A DNA stretch of 64,000 nucleotides from positions 96,001 to 160,000 of the forward strand of contig CACPJC010000003.1 in assembly GCA_902634185.1 (NCBI GenBank). The letters run 5' to 3'. This DNA is from an uncultured Candidatus Actinomarina sp. GTDB taxonomy: Bacteria > Actinomycetota > Acidimicrobiia > Actinomarinales > Actinomarinaceae. The position numbers and the translations under genes are program-made. This document shows positions 37,680 to 47,295 of this stretch, in pieces. Every line of letters starts with the position of its first letter. The first letter of the stretch is position 1. The notes under the pieces were generated by a model. It had not been told where the DNA came from, searched no databases, and worked only from the letters and a program-made list of their open reading frames with translations.

Positions 37680-39326
37680 TCAAACAGAGGCAAAGGAATC
37701 TTTTGCATGATATGAAGATCTTACAAGAGGTCCTGATTCAATATGTGGGATACCAAGCTCTTGTCCGATAGTTTTATATTGTTGAAATTCTTCTTCAGAG
37801 ACGTACCTATCAATTAATCTATGTCTTTGTGTAGGTCTTAAATACTGTCCAATAGTGACAATATCTATATTGATACGAGATAAATCCTTAAGTACTGCTA
37901 TTACCTCTTCAAATTCTTCACCCATGCCAACAATTAAACCAGTCTTGGTCTTTCCGAGAAAATGAGATTCCTTAGCGTATTGAATTAGAGCTAGAGAACG
38001 ACCATAAGATGCCGCAGTTCTTATTTCTCTTTGAAGACGTGGAACAGTTTCTAAATTATGATTCAATACTTCAGGATTGGCATTTATGATATTATCTATT
38101 GCTTCTTTGCTACCTTTAAAATCAGGGATTAAGACCTCAATAGATGTTTGATTATTTTTAAGTCTGACCTCATCAATGGTTTTTGCAAAAAATGCAGAAC
38201 CTCCATCATCAAGATCATCTCTATTTACAGAAGTTATAACAGCATGGGTAAGGCCCATAATTTTTACACTTTCTGCGACTCTATAAGGTTCATCCATATC
38301 TAGATCACATGGTTTTCCTGTATTTACATCACAAAATCCACATGCTCTTGTACAGGTATCACCCATAATCATGAATGTTGCGGTGCCCATAGACCAACAC
38401 TCATATATATTTGGACATGATGCTTCTTCACATACTGTGTTGAGTCGTTTTTCTTTAATTAAACTTTTTAGTGAGAGGTAATCTTTACCAAGGTTGGCTT
38501 TGACTTTCATCCATTCCGGTCTCTCTGGTTCACTCTTAATTGATGAATTTAAAGTAATTGGAACGGAGTTTTTAGAGGCATTGAACACCCCGTTGTTTAC
38601 CAATTGATCGATATGAAATTCTTTTTTCTTCTTTAATTGTCTTGGGGTAAATTGAGAAAACTGTTTATCTACTTTCTCATATTTAAATATTTCAACAAAT
38701 TTTCTTGAAATTATTTCGGTAACTTCTTTAAATGAAACTGTCTCATCATATTGCTGGATAGAAACTACATGTTCATCACTGCTTCCACACGGATTTATAA
38801 AATCAAACCCTTTTGTATTTTCACTTATGTTTAATGAGAATCCGTGAAGTGTTGTCCATTTACTGACTTTTATTCCAATAGAAGCAATTTTTCCTTCTTT
38901 GGTCCATACTCCAGTGTCATCAGTTTTTGAGAAAGCCTCTATTGATAGTTCAGCAAGTGTATCAATAATTACATTTTCAATTTTACGCACAAAAGGAACT
39001 ACTTTTTTTGGATCATCTAATCTAATTATTGGATATCCAATTAATTGACCATCGCCATGAAAGGTTATATCTCCCCCTCTATCTGTTTCAAAAAATTCAA
39101 TATTATTTTCATTAAGTATATTTTTTGAAACTAGTAAATTGTTGATATCTCCTGATCTTCCAATTGTCACTACATTATTGTGTTCTAACAAAAGTAAGTA
39201 ATCGAATGGTGAACTTTCTTGACTAGTAGCTGAATGAAGACCTTTTTGAAGAATATAGGCTTCTCCATAAGGTAATTTTCCCAACCATCTAATGTTTAAT
39301 TCTCTCAAGATATTTCCTGAGACCAA
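37680..39326 (-). CDS. lipA: Fused octanoyltransferase (LipB) - lipoyl synthase (LipA)
   Basis: N-half: LLLEH..TIGR, DRGGDITFHG.GQLIGYP, KIASIG, HGFSLN, INPCG. C-half: CEEASCPNIYEC, CTRACGFC, VRSSY. Confidence 0.92.
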   Translation of the reverse strand: MVSGNILRELNIRWLGKLPYGEAYILQKGLHSATSQESSPFDYLLLLEHNNVVTIGRSGDINNLLVSKNILNENNIEFFETDRGGDITFHGDGQLIGYPIIRLDDPKKVVPFVRKIENVIIDTLAELSIEAFSKTDDTGVWTKEGKIASIGIKVSKWTTLHGFSLNISENTKGFDFINPCGSSDEHVVSIQQYDETVSFKEVTEIISRKFVEIFKYEKVDKQFSQFTPRQLKKKKEFHIDQLVNNGVFNASKNSVPITLNSSIKSEPERPEWMKVKANLGKDYLSLKSLIKEKRLNTVCEEASCPNIYECWSMGTATFMIMGDTCTRACGFCDVNTGKPCDLDMDEPYRVAESVKIMGLTHAVITSVNRDDLDDGGSAFFAKTIDEVRLKNNQTSIEVLIPDFKGSKEAIDNIINANPEVLNHNLETVPRLQREIRTAASYGRSLALIQYAKESHFLGKTKTGLIVGMGEEFEEVIAVLKDLSRINIDIVTIGQYLRPTQRHRLIDRYVSEEEFQQYKTIGQELGIPHIESGPLVRSSYHAKDSFASV

Positions 39327-40588
39327 TCTGTATTTTCAAGCTTATTTTTAATTGAATTTAAAAACATCAGAGCTGTAGACCCATCAAAAGCTCTATGATC
39401 CCAAGTTAAACTCAATATTCCAACGTGACGAATTGCAATTGAGTCGGAACCATCATCCATCTCTAAAACTACTGGTCGTTTTTTAACTGACTCAGTTGAG
39501 AGTATTGCTACATTCGGCTGATTTATAATCGGTGAAGTAAGAAAGGAGTTGAATGATCCATTATTTGATATGGTAAAGGTACTTCCTGTTACATCGTCTA
39601 GATTATATTTTCCATCCCTCAATAGCTTTGAAATTTCAGATATTTTTCTTGCGGTACCTTTTAAATTATAGGAATCAGCTTCTCTGATAGTTCCAACAAG
39701 AAGCCCTTCTTGATTTATATCAACTGCAATGCCTAGTTCAATATTTTCATAAACTGTATGAACTCCTTTTTCCAAATCAAATGAACTATTTACTACTGAA
39801 TGCTCTCTTAATGCACTAACAACAGCTGTTGCAATAAATGGCAAATAAGTTAATGAAAAATTATTTTCTTCCTTAAATTTATTCTTTACTTTGCTTCTTA
39901 TGTTTTCCACATTTTCGAAATCTACCTCTACTGATGTCATCACATGTGCAGATGTTTGTTTTGATAAAATCATATTTTCAGCAATTTTTTTCCTCAACCT
40001 TGGAATCTCTGAAGTACCAATTTCAGCAGATTTTGATTGCGTCATTGAGGGTTTTGTTTGACTGCTAATTTTTTCAGATCCGTTGTTTATAAAATGATCA
40101 ATATCTTTTCTTGTAACCCTGCCGTCTTTACCTGTTCCCTGTACAGATTCTAAATCAATGTTATTCTCTGATGCCAACCTTCTGACTACTGGTGAGACTT
40201 TACCAATATTTTTTACTTTAGTTATTGGCTGATCTTTTTCTACAACTTCTTTATTTTCTTCAATTTCTTGAACTGGATTTTGATCAGTTGGAGCTTCTAC
40301 AACCTCTTCAACCACATCATTGGTATCATTTATAACATCTTCTGACGACTCTTCTCCATCCAATTCAAGTAATGGAGAACCAACTTCTACAGTTTCACCC
40401 TCCTCGACTAATAATGCAGAAACTGTTCCAGAAAAGGGACTTGGAACTTCAGTATCAACTTTATCTGTAGAAATTTCTAATATTGGATCATCTTCTTTTA
40501 TTGAATCTCCAACATTTACAAGCCATCGGAGTATCGTACCCTCAGTTACAGTTTCGCCAAGCTGTGGCATAGTTATGCGTTCACTCAT
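39305..40588 (-). CDS. 2-oxoacid dehydrogenase E2 dihydrolipoamide acyltransferase
   Basis: One lipoyl domain (STDKVDTEVPSP), an E3-binding domain (GTGKDGRVTRKD) and catalytic WDHRAFDG. Confidence 0.92.
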   Translation of the reverse strand: MSERITMPQLGETVTEGTILRWLVNVGDSIKEDDPILEISTDKVDTEVPSPFSGTVSALLVEEGETVEVGSPLLELDGEESSEDVINDTNDVVEEVVEAPTDQNPVQEIEENKEVVEKDQPITKVKNIGKVSPVVRRLASENNIDLESVQGTGKDGRVTRKDIDHFINNGSEKISSQTKPSMTQSKSAEIGTSEIPRLRKKIAENMILSKQTSAHVMTSVEVDFENVENIRSKVKNKFKEENNFSLTYLPFIATAVVSALREHSVVNSSFDLEKGVHTVYENIELGIAVDINQEGLLVGTIREADSYNLKGTARKISEISKLLRDGKYNLDDVTGSTFTISNNGSFNSFLTSPIINQPNVAILSTESVKKRPVVLEMDDGSDSIAIRHVGILSLTWDHRAFDGSTALMFLNSIKNKLENTDWSQEIS

Positions 40589-40592
40589 ATAT

Positions 40593-42599
40593 TTATTGTA
40601 ATTCCTTTATAGCATTTATAACTTTTTCAACACTTGGAATGAATGCATCCTCTAAAACAGGGGCAAATGGAATATGGGTATTTGGTGATGTAACTTTTTT
40701 AATAGGGTTATCAAGATTCCAAAAACCTTTTTCAGCAACAAGTGATGAAATTTCTGAAGCAACTGATGAAAAGGGAACATCCTCTTGAAGAATGCAAATA
40801 TTTGATGTTTTCTCGACAGAATTCAATATTATTTCTTCATCAAGTGGAACTATGGTTCTTATATCGACTATCTCGACCGAGATATTTTCTTTTTCAAGTT
40901 TTTCAGCAGCTTCTTGTGCAACTGAAACCATACCAGACCAAGTAACTATGGTTACATCAGATCCTTCACGAACAATTTTTCCTTTACCAATCTCAACCTC
41001 ATACAGTCCTACTGGTACATCCATTTTGAGATCTGGTTTTCTATATAGTTTTTTATGCTCTAAATACATGACCGGATTGGGGTCATTAACTGCAGCAACT
41101 AGTAATCCTTTTGCATCATAAGGATTTGATGGTGCAACAACTTTGATACCAGGGTGATGGGCTAATAAAGATTCAGGACTAATTGAATGAAATGGTCCAG
41201 ATCTTGTTCCTGCTCCAGTTGGTCCTCTTACAACCATTGGAACTGCTTTTCCAGCTTTCCAATAATATTTTGCAGCTTCGGTTGTTAATTGATCAAGTGC
41301 TGGATAAACAAAATCATAAAATTGTAATTCAACAATTGGTTTTTGCCCAGCTAATGCAGCACCTACTGCTGCACCTGTGAAACCCCCTTCAGATATTGCA
41401 GTATCAATAACTCTAAATGGTCCGAATTTATCAAATAATCCTTTTGTCGCTTTAAATGCTCCCTCAAACACACCAACATCTTCACCCATAATGAATACAC
41501 CTTCATCATCAGTCATGAGTTCGTCTAAACCATTATTTATTGCTTCAATATAATTCATTGTTTTTAAGTTGTTTAAATTATTTTCAATTGTTGGTTTTGT
41601 TCGAACAGCGAACATATCTTTAAGTTCATCATTAGGATCAGGATCTTCTTGGCTTTTTGCCCACTCAAGGGTATCTCTAATTTCAACTTCTAAATTAGAT
41701 CCTAAATCTAAAAAGTCTTGTTCTGTAAATAGTCCTTCATTAATTAATGAATCTTCAAACCTAGCTATAGGATCTCTTTTCATCCAAAAATCTCTAACTT
41801 CATCCTCAACGTAATCAGCTGGATCATGTCCAGCGTGTCCATAATGTCTAAATGTGACTAATTCAATTAATGTTGGACCTTGACCGTTCCGAGCATTTTC
41901 ACATGCTTCGTGGATGGTATCAATGACATCATAAATATCATTACCGTCAATTATTAAAGATGGAATACCGTATCCTGCTCCTCTATCAGCTACATTTGGA
42001 GTTCCAAATTCAGTCTCATTCGGTGAAGAGTAAGCAAATTGATTATTTTGAACTGTAAAAACGACTGGAAGGTTTAAAACGCCAGCCATATTTACACTTT
42101 CATGCCAAGTTCCTGTTGCAGTTGCACCTTCACCGCAGTTTGCAACAGCTACAACGCCACTTCCTTGTTGTTGAGAAGCTAATGCCCAACCTACTGCGAC
42201 AGGTGCAGAATCAGGGAGTGGGGAAACAACCATTAAAGTTCCCTTATCAACTACCCCAAAGTGACTGTTTCCATCTCTTCCTTTTGATGGACCATCTTTT
42301 TTCCCAAAAAAGTTAAGTGCAACTTCCTTTAAAGTTACACCTTTCATGAGCTGGACACCTAAATCACGATGAGTTCCTCCAAATATATCTTGTTTGGCCA
42401 TTCCTGCCCCTATACCTGCCATTGAAGCTTCCTGACCAATTCCTGGATAAACTGCACCGCTTAACTGTCCACCTTTGTACATTTTTAATAAACGATCCTC
42501 AAGAAGTCTTTGTGTTTTCATAGATTTATATACTTCCCAAAGTTGTTCGCTTGAGAGAGTAGATGAATGTCCTTTTCTTACTATTTTTTCTACTTTCAC
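40593..42599 (-). CDS. Fused E1 alpha/beta 2-oxoacid dehydrogenase (branched-chain/pyruvate type)
   Basis: GQEA, GEGA...NNQFA ThDP motif and RHYGH in the alpha part; MGEDVG, DTAISE, HSISPE and YLEHKKLY in the beta part. Confidence 0.9.
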   Translation of the reverse strand: MKVEKIVRKGHSSTLSSEQLWEVYKSMKTQRLLEDRLLKMYKGGQLSGAVYPGIGQEASMAGIGAGMAKQDIFGGTHRDLGVQLMKGVTLKEVALNFFGKKDGPSKGRDGNSHFGVVDKGTLMVVSPLPDSAPVAVGWALASQQQGSGVVAVANCGEGATATGTWHESVNMAGVLNLPVVFTVQNNQFAYSSPNETEFGTPNVADRGAGYGIPSLIIDGNDIYDVIDTIHEACENARNGQGPTLIELVTFRHYGHAGHDPADYVEDEVRDFWMKRDPIARFEDSLINEGLFTEQDFLDLGSNLEVEIRDTLEWAKSQEDPDPNDELKDMFAVRTKPTIENNLNNLKTMNYIEAINNGLDELMTDDEGVFIMGEDVGVFEGAFKATKGLFDKFGPFRVIDTAISEGGFTGAAVGAALAGQKPIVELQFYDFVYPALDQLTTEAAKYYWKAGKAVPMVVRGPTGAGTRSGPFHSISPESLLAHHPGIKVVAPSNPYDAKGLLVAAVNDPNPVMYLEHKKLYRKPDLKMDVPVGLYEVEIGKGKIVREGSDVTIVTWSGMVSVAQEAAEKLEKENISVEIVDIRTIVPLDEEIILNSVEKTSNICILQEDVPFSSVASEISSLVAEKGFWNLDNPIKKVTSPNTHIPFAPVLEDAFIPSVEKVINAIKELQ

Positions 42600-43963
42600 T
42601 AATGCAATCCTTTCCCAGTCAAACCAAGTAATGATTCTCCTACTGCCTCGCTTAATGTTGGATGAGCATGAATAAATTCTGCTGCCTCTTCAGGTAGAGC
42701 CTCCCATCCAACCATATACATTATTTCATGTATCATTTCTCCAGCGGAAGGTCCACAAACACTCGCGCCTACTATAGGCCCATCTTTTTCTGCATAAACT
42801 TTTACTAATCCTTGGTTTTGCTCTGTAATCAATGCTCTTCCTACACCAGCAAAGCTGTGCTGAGATTGTTCAATTTCTATATTTTCTAATTTAGCTTTTT
42901 CGGCATTAAGTCCAATTTCTGCCAATTCTGGCCTTGTATAAACAACATATGGTATTGCTTTATAATCTAATGGCTTTTTTATACCAGAGGCAATGTATGT
43001 AATCGCGGATATTGCTTCGGCAAAAGCTGCATGAGCTAATTGAGGTGTATTGTTCACGATATCCCCAAGTGCAAAAATATTAGCAACAGATGTTTCAAAG
43101 GTGTCTAAATCTACATTTATAAAACCATTTTCTGAAGCAATATTTACGTTATCTAATCCAATGTTTTCAGTTAATGGAGCTCTGCCAACGGCAATTAATA
43201 CTGTATCGAATTCTTTCTTTTCACCATCTGAAAAATTAACAGTCTTATCATCTATTCCATCAATTGATGTATTTAGCTTAAACTCAACTCCTCGCTTGGT
43301 TAGTTGCTTTCTTAGTTCACCTGATGTTCTCTTGTCCAAACCAGGAAGTATCTCTTTAGCTAATTCAACAACAGTCACTTCTGATTCAAGATCATTTAAC
43401 AGACTTGCAAATTCACAACCAATCGCACCAGCACCAACGATACAAACTTTTTTTGGCGGCTCTTCCCAGTTCAGTGCAGTATCTGATGTGATAATGAAGT
43501 CTTCATCTGGTTCAATATTTGGAAGATTTCTTGGTTTAGATCCAGTTGCAAGAATAATAAAATCGGAATCAATTTTTTCACTGGTTCCATCTGATTTTTG
43601 TACTAAAACTGAAGACTGATTTTCAATAGAGCCCCATCCTTCTATGACATTTACATTCTTACTTTTTAAAAGCATTTTTATGCCAGATACAAGTTTTTCT
43701 ACTATTTCAATTCTTTTGAGTGATGTTTTATTCCAATCTATTGATTTCCCATCCACATTTATTCCATAGTTTTCTGATGTTGAAATTTCATGGTTTAACT
43801 CTGCAACATGGAGCCAATATTTTGCAGGTATACAACCGCGGTTTAGACATGTTCCACCTAAGACATCAGACTCTATAAGTGTTACTTCAAGATTAAAGTT
43901 GTGAGCGTATAGTGCAGCTGCGTATCCAGCTGGTCCCCCGCCAATAATTGTTATTTTTTTCAA
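42599..43963 (-). CDS. lpdA: Dihydrolipoyl dehydrogenase
   Basis: GGGPAGY, GGTCLNRGCIP and HAHPTLSE motifs. Confidence 0.95.
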   Translation of the reverse strand: MKKITIIGGGPAGYAAALYAHNFNLEVTLIESDVLGGTCLNRGCIPAKYWLHVAELNHEISTSENYGINVDGKSIDWNKTSLKRIEIVEKLVSGIKMLLKSKNVNVIEGWGSIENQSSVLVQKSDGTSEKIDSDFIILATGSKPRNLPNIEPDEDFIITSDTALNWEEPPKKVCIVGAGAIGCEFASLLNDLESEVTVVELAKEILPGLDKRTSGELRKQLTKRGVEFKLNTSIDGIDDKTVNFSDGEKKEFDTVLIAVGRAPLTENIGLDNVNIASENGFINVDLDTFETSVANIFALGDIVNNTPQLAHAAFAEAISAITYIASGIKKPLDYKAIPYVVYTRPELAEIGLNAEKAKLENIEIEQSQHSFAGVGRALITEQNQGLVKVYAEKDGPIVGASVCGPSAGEMIHEIMYMVGWEALPEEAAEFIHAHPTLSEAVGESLLGLTGKGLH

Positions 43964-44002
43964 ATTACCTCTTTCAAGATAGGGTTTCTATCAAATCGAG
44001 AT

Positions 44003-44053
44003 AATAACTACACCATATCTAGGGGTTCCCTGAATATGGTGATCAAAGTTATT
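44003..44053. other. Long imperfect hairpin in the lpd leader / divergent intergenic region
   Basis: AATAACT (44003-09) pairs with AGTTATT (44047-53), CACCATAT (44011-18) with ATATGGTG (44034-41), and AGGG with CCCT apically. Confidence 0.6.
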
Positions 44054-44127
44054 TTCACTATTAAATCTAACCTAAAAGATGACATCCTCCAACTCAAGAT
44101 AACTCATTAATAAGATAAAATACTTTT

Positions 44128-44214
44128 ATGCAAACTAGACATCTAATAATTGCTTCCCTGATTACAGCGATAGTTATTGTTGTTGCATTTGGTGTTTGGG
44201 TGATGACTAACTAA
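44128..44214 (+). CDS. Unannotated 28-aa single-TM microprotein MQTRHLIIASLITAIVIVVAFGVWVMTN
   Basis: ATG..TAA ORF encoding one TM helix; TAAAAT lies 6 nt before the ATG and the stop is 1 nt before the next gene's TTG. Confidence 0.65.
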   Translation: MQTRHLIIASLITAIVIVVAFGVWVMTN

Positions 44215-44215
44215 A

Positions 44216-45172
44216 TTGAAAAGCTTTAATCTTGGTCACGGCATATTACATTTCCCTTTAAAACTTCCATGGGCTCCTCCAGGTTTTGTAAATATTTATT
44301 TAATTGAGGATGATGAAGGCTTCATCATGATTGATTGTGGAGTTAATGGAGATGAGTATTTTGATGAACTAAAAATAAATCTACAAAACTTAAACATTGA
44401 TTTTTCAGATATAAATTTATTGATCGGTACACACATGCATTCAGACCACATCGGTCTTTCTGGAGTTTTGAGAGAAGAAGGATTGAAATTTGGACTTTAT
44501 GAAAATTCTGAAGAGTTTATTCCCAAATATAATGATTGGACTGATCGATTTAGATTAATTAGTGAGTTTGCAAAAAAACAAGGTGCTCCGAAAGAATTTG
44601 TAGAAGATCTGAACTCGATTACAACTCCATCTACGACTGGCAAGCTAACCACCCCCGATGTTCTATTAAAAGAAGGAAAAATAAAAGATATAAGTCGAAA
44701 TCTAGAAGTTATTTTTACACCCGGACATGATATTTCAGAAATATCAATTTATGACCCATCAAGTAAAATTATCTTTTCTGGTGATCACATACTTCCAAGA
44801 ATTACACCTTTCATTCCTATTCATGATGAAGAAACAAGTATGTTAAATCATTATGTCGACTCACTAAATAAAATGAAGTCCTTTGAACATACAAAAATTG
44901 CACCTGGTCATTTTGAGATAATAGATAATCCACAAAATAGGGTTGAGCAAATACTTCTCCACCACGAAAAAAGGTCTGAGAAAATAATTAATATTTTAAA
45001 AGATGGTGAACTAACCGGATGGGAAGTTACGAAGAAATTATTTTCGCGACCGCTTGATGCAATGAATCTTCGTCTAGCTTTCCAAGAAACCATGGCCCAC
45101 CTTAAATATATTGAGTCACAGGGGAAAATTAAACAAAAAGTTTCAGAAGTGAATACTTGGAGCCTTACTTAA
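44216..45172 (+). CDS. MBL-fold metallo-hydrolase with C-terminal winged helix
   Basis: THMHSDHIG, TPGH, SGDHILPRITP, PGH and ETMAHLKY motifs. Confidence 0.88.
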   Translation: MKSFNLGHGILHFPLKLPWAPPGFVNIYLIEDDEGFIMIDCGVNGDEYFDELKINLQNLNIDFSDINLLIGTHMHSDHIGLSGVLREEGLKFGLYENSEEFIPKYNDWTDRFRLISEFAKKQGAPKEFVEDLNSITTPSTTGKLTTPDVLLKEGKIKDISRNLEVIFTPGHDISEISIYDPSSKIIFSGDHILPRITPFIPIHDEETSMLNHYVDSLNKMKSFEHTKIAPGHFEIIDNPQNRVEQILLHHEKRSEKIINILKDGELTGWEVTKKLFSRPLDAMNLRLAFQETMAHLKYIESQGKIKQKVSEVNTWSLT

Positions 45173-45371
45173 AAGGTTTAAAACTTCTATTCTTTGCTTC
45201 CTCTAAAGAGTCCGGAGCAAAAGATTGTAATTGATTATTTTTTACAAGTTCTTTTTCTTCTTCAAGTTGTTCTAATGCTTTAAAATGATCAGGATTATCA
45301 CAATCATAAACTTTCATATTTTTTCTATATCCTATAAATCTGTAACTTTCGAATTTTGGAAGTCTTGGCAA
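45165..45371 (-). CDS. Small conserved hypothetical protein
   Basis: 68-aa ORF coupled to the acyl-CoA dehydrogenase gene; RFIG..MKVYDCD and FAPDSLEEAKNR.F motifs. Confidence 0.55.
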   Translation of the reverse strand: MPRLPKFESYRFIGYRKNMKVYDCDNPDHFKALEQLEEEKELVKNNQLQSFAPDSLEEAKNRSFKPFK

Positions 45372-45372
45372 T

Positions 45373-46494
45373 TTATAAACTTAAAAGTCTGGATACATCA
45401 TTTCGAGCAGATTTGGCAGTTCCAAAAATAAGCGAATCAGATTTAGCTTTTTTAAAATAAAGATGTGCGGGATGCTCCCAAGTAAACCCAATTCCACCAT
45501 GAACTTGTATGTTATCTCCTGATACTTTATTGAATACATCTGAACAATAAGCTTTTGCCATTGAAGAACTCATTTCTAGTTCAACAATATCGTCAGAGTC
45601 AACTCTTACAGAACTGTAGGCAATAGATTTTGCACTTTCGATTTGAAGAAGCATATCTGCGCACATATGTTGTATTGCTTGGAAAGATCCAATTGGTCTT
45701 CCAAATTGAATTCTTTCTTTTGCATATTGAGTAGACATATCTAAACAAGCTTGTGCTCCCCCAACTTGCTCCATAGCAAGAAAAGAGATAGATATATGCT
45801 TTACTTTATTCCATATATTTTCATCTTCTTTAATATCGAACATAAAGTTTTCATTACCAACCTCGACATTCTCAAGTATTATCTCAGCCATTGGTCTTGT
45901 TTGATCTAAGGATGTTGTTTCTGAAATTGTTACTCCAGGATTATCTTTATCTACCATTATGAATTTGAATCCATCTTCAGATTTAGCAAGAATAGCAAAA
46001 TAATCAGAAGTATCTCCAAACATCACATAACTTTTCTTGCCATTAAGTAGGTATCCATTGTCATTATTTTCAGCTACTGTTGAAATATTTTCATCATTTA
46101 TCTCATATCGGTCATTTTCATAAATGCCAAATGAACCAATCTTTGAGCCAGAAACTATTTCGGGAAGAATTTTATTTTTTAGTTCAGAAGGAGAGTGTAA
46201 AAGTAGTTGCTTGAATACAACACCTGAACTAAAAATGGGAACTATCGGCATGTAATACCCAAACACTTCAGAGAGTATGGATGAATCCACTTTTGAAAAA
46301 CCTAATCCTCCATCTTCCTCAGAAACATCTAAACCCAACCAACCTTGTTCACTAACCAGCTCCCATAACTCATTGTCAATTCTTGTGTTATCGTCAACTT
46401 TTTTAATTAACTCAAGCAAATCAACTTTTTCAGAAAGAAGCTTTTGAGCATTTTCTTTAATTTCATTTTGAAGTTCTGTAAGACTGAATTGCAT
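45373..46494 (-). CDS. Acyl-CoA dehydrogenase family protein
   Basis: LNGKKSYV, YAKERIQFGRPIGSFQAIQH and QVHGGIGFTWEH motifs. Confidence 0.92.
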   Translation of the reverse strand: MQFSLTELQNEIKENAQKLLSEKVDLLELIKKVDDNTRIDNELWELVSEQGWLGLDVSEEDGGLGFSKVDSSILSEVFGYYMPIVPIFSSGVVFKQLLLHSPSELKNKILPEIVSGSKIGSFGIYENDRYEINDENISTVAENNDNGYLLNGKKSYVMFGDTSDYFAILAKSEDGFKFIMVDKDNPGVTISETTSLDQTRPMAEIILENVEVGNENFMFDIKEDENIWNKVKHISISFLAMEQVGGAQACLDMSTQYAKERIQFGRPIGSFQAIQHMCADMLLQIESAKSIAYSSVRVDSDDIVELEMSSSMAKAYCSDVFNKVSGDNIQVHGGIGFTWEHPAHLYFKKAKSDSLIFGTAKSARNDVSRLLSL

Positions 46495-46569
46495 TCCCTT
46501 ATTCTAATTTTGTTTTCAAATTTGACTAATCAAATGTCGTTTGTTTTTTTATAGAATTAATATAGTTAT

Positions 46570-47295
46570 GTGTTAAAAATTGAAAATTTACATGCATCTG
46601 TGGAATCAACTCCAATTATAAATGGAGTGAACCTAGAAATTAACCCTGGTGAAGTTCATGCAATCATGGGACCTAATGGCTCAGGAAAATCAACTCTTGC
46701 TAATGTTTTAATGGGTAACCCAGTATATGAAATTACAGATGGAAAAATTACATTCAGTGGAGAGGATGTCACTGAAGAACCAGTAGACAATCGAGCAAAG
46801 AAAGGGATGTTTCTTGCTTTTCAATATCCCGAGTCAATACCTGGAGTGACGATAGTTAATATGCTCAAAACTGCTCTTACTAATATTGAAGAAACTGAAT
46901 ACACAACTGTAGAGCTCAGATTAAAAGTTGCTGAAGCAATGAAAGATTTAGGTCTTTCACCAGATTTTGTTGATAGATACTTAAACGATGGTTTTTCAGG
47001 CGGAGAGAGAAAAAGAAATGAGATTCTACAACTTGCAGTACTAAATCCTAAACTTGCAATTTTAGATGAAACTGATTCAGGTCTTGATGTTGATGGTCTA
47101 AGAATCGTAGGAGAAGGAATAAGTAATTTAAGAACTCCTGATCGCGCTTATTTAGTCGTTACCCATTATCAGAGATTATTGGAATATGTTAAACCAGACT
47201 ATGTTCATGTATTTGTGGATGGAAATATTGTAGAAACTGGTGGTGTAGAATTATCTGAAAAACTTGAGAAAGAAGGATACGAATCTTACCAATGA
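46570..47295 (+). CDS. sufC: Fe-S cluster assembly ATPase
   Basis: HAIMGPNGSGKSTL, FLAFQYP, FSGGERKRNE, LDETDSGLD and THYQRLL motifs. Confidence 0.95.
   Translation: MLKIENLHASVESTPIINGVNLEINPGEVHAIMGPNGSGKSTLANVLMGNPVYEITDGKITFSGEDVTEEPVDNRAKKGMFLAFQYPESIPGVTIVNMLKTALTNIEETEYTTVELRLKVAEAMKDLGLSPDFVDRYLNDGFSGGERKRNEILQLAVLNPKLAILDETDSGLDVDGLRIVGEGISNLRTPDRAYLVVTHYQRLLEYVKPDYVHVFVDGNIVETGGVELSEKLEKEGYESYQ

Noticed and set aside
44009-44025. NrdR-box-like sequence (ACACCATATCTAGGGG)
   Set aside because: Single copy, no ribonucleotide reductase gene adjacent, and it forms one arm of the hairpin; likely coincidental.
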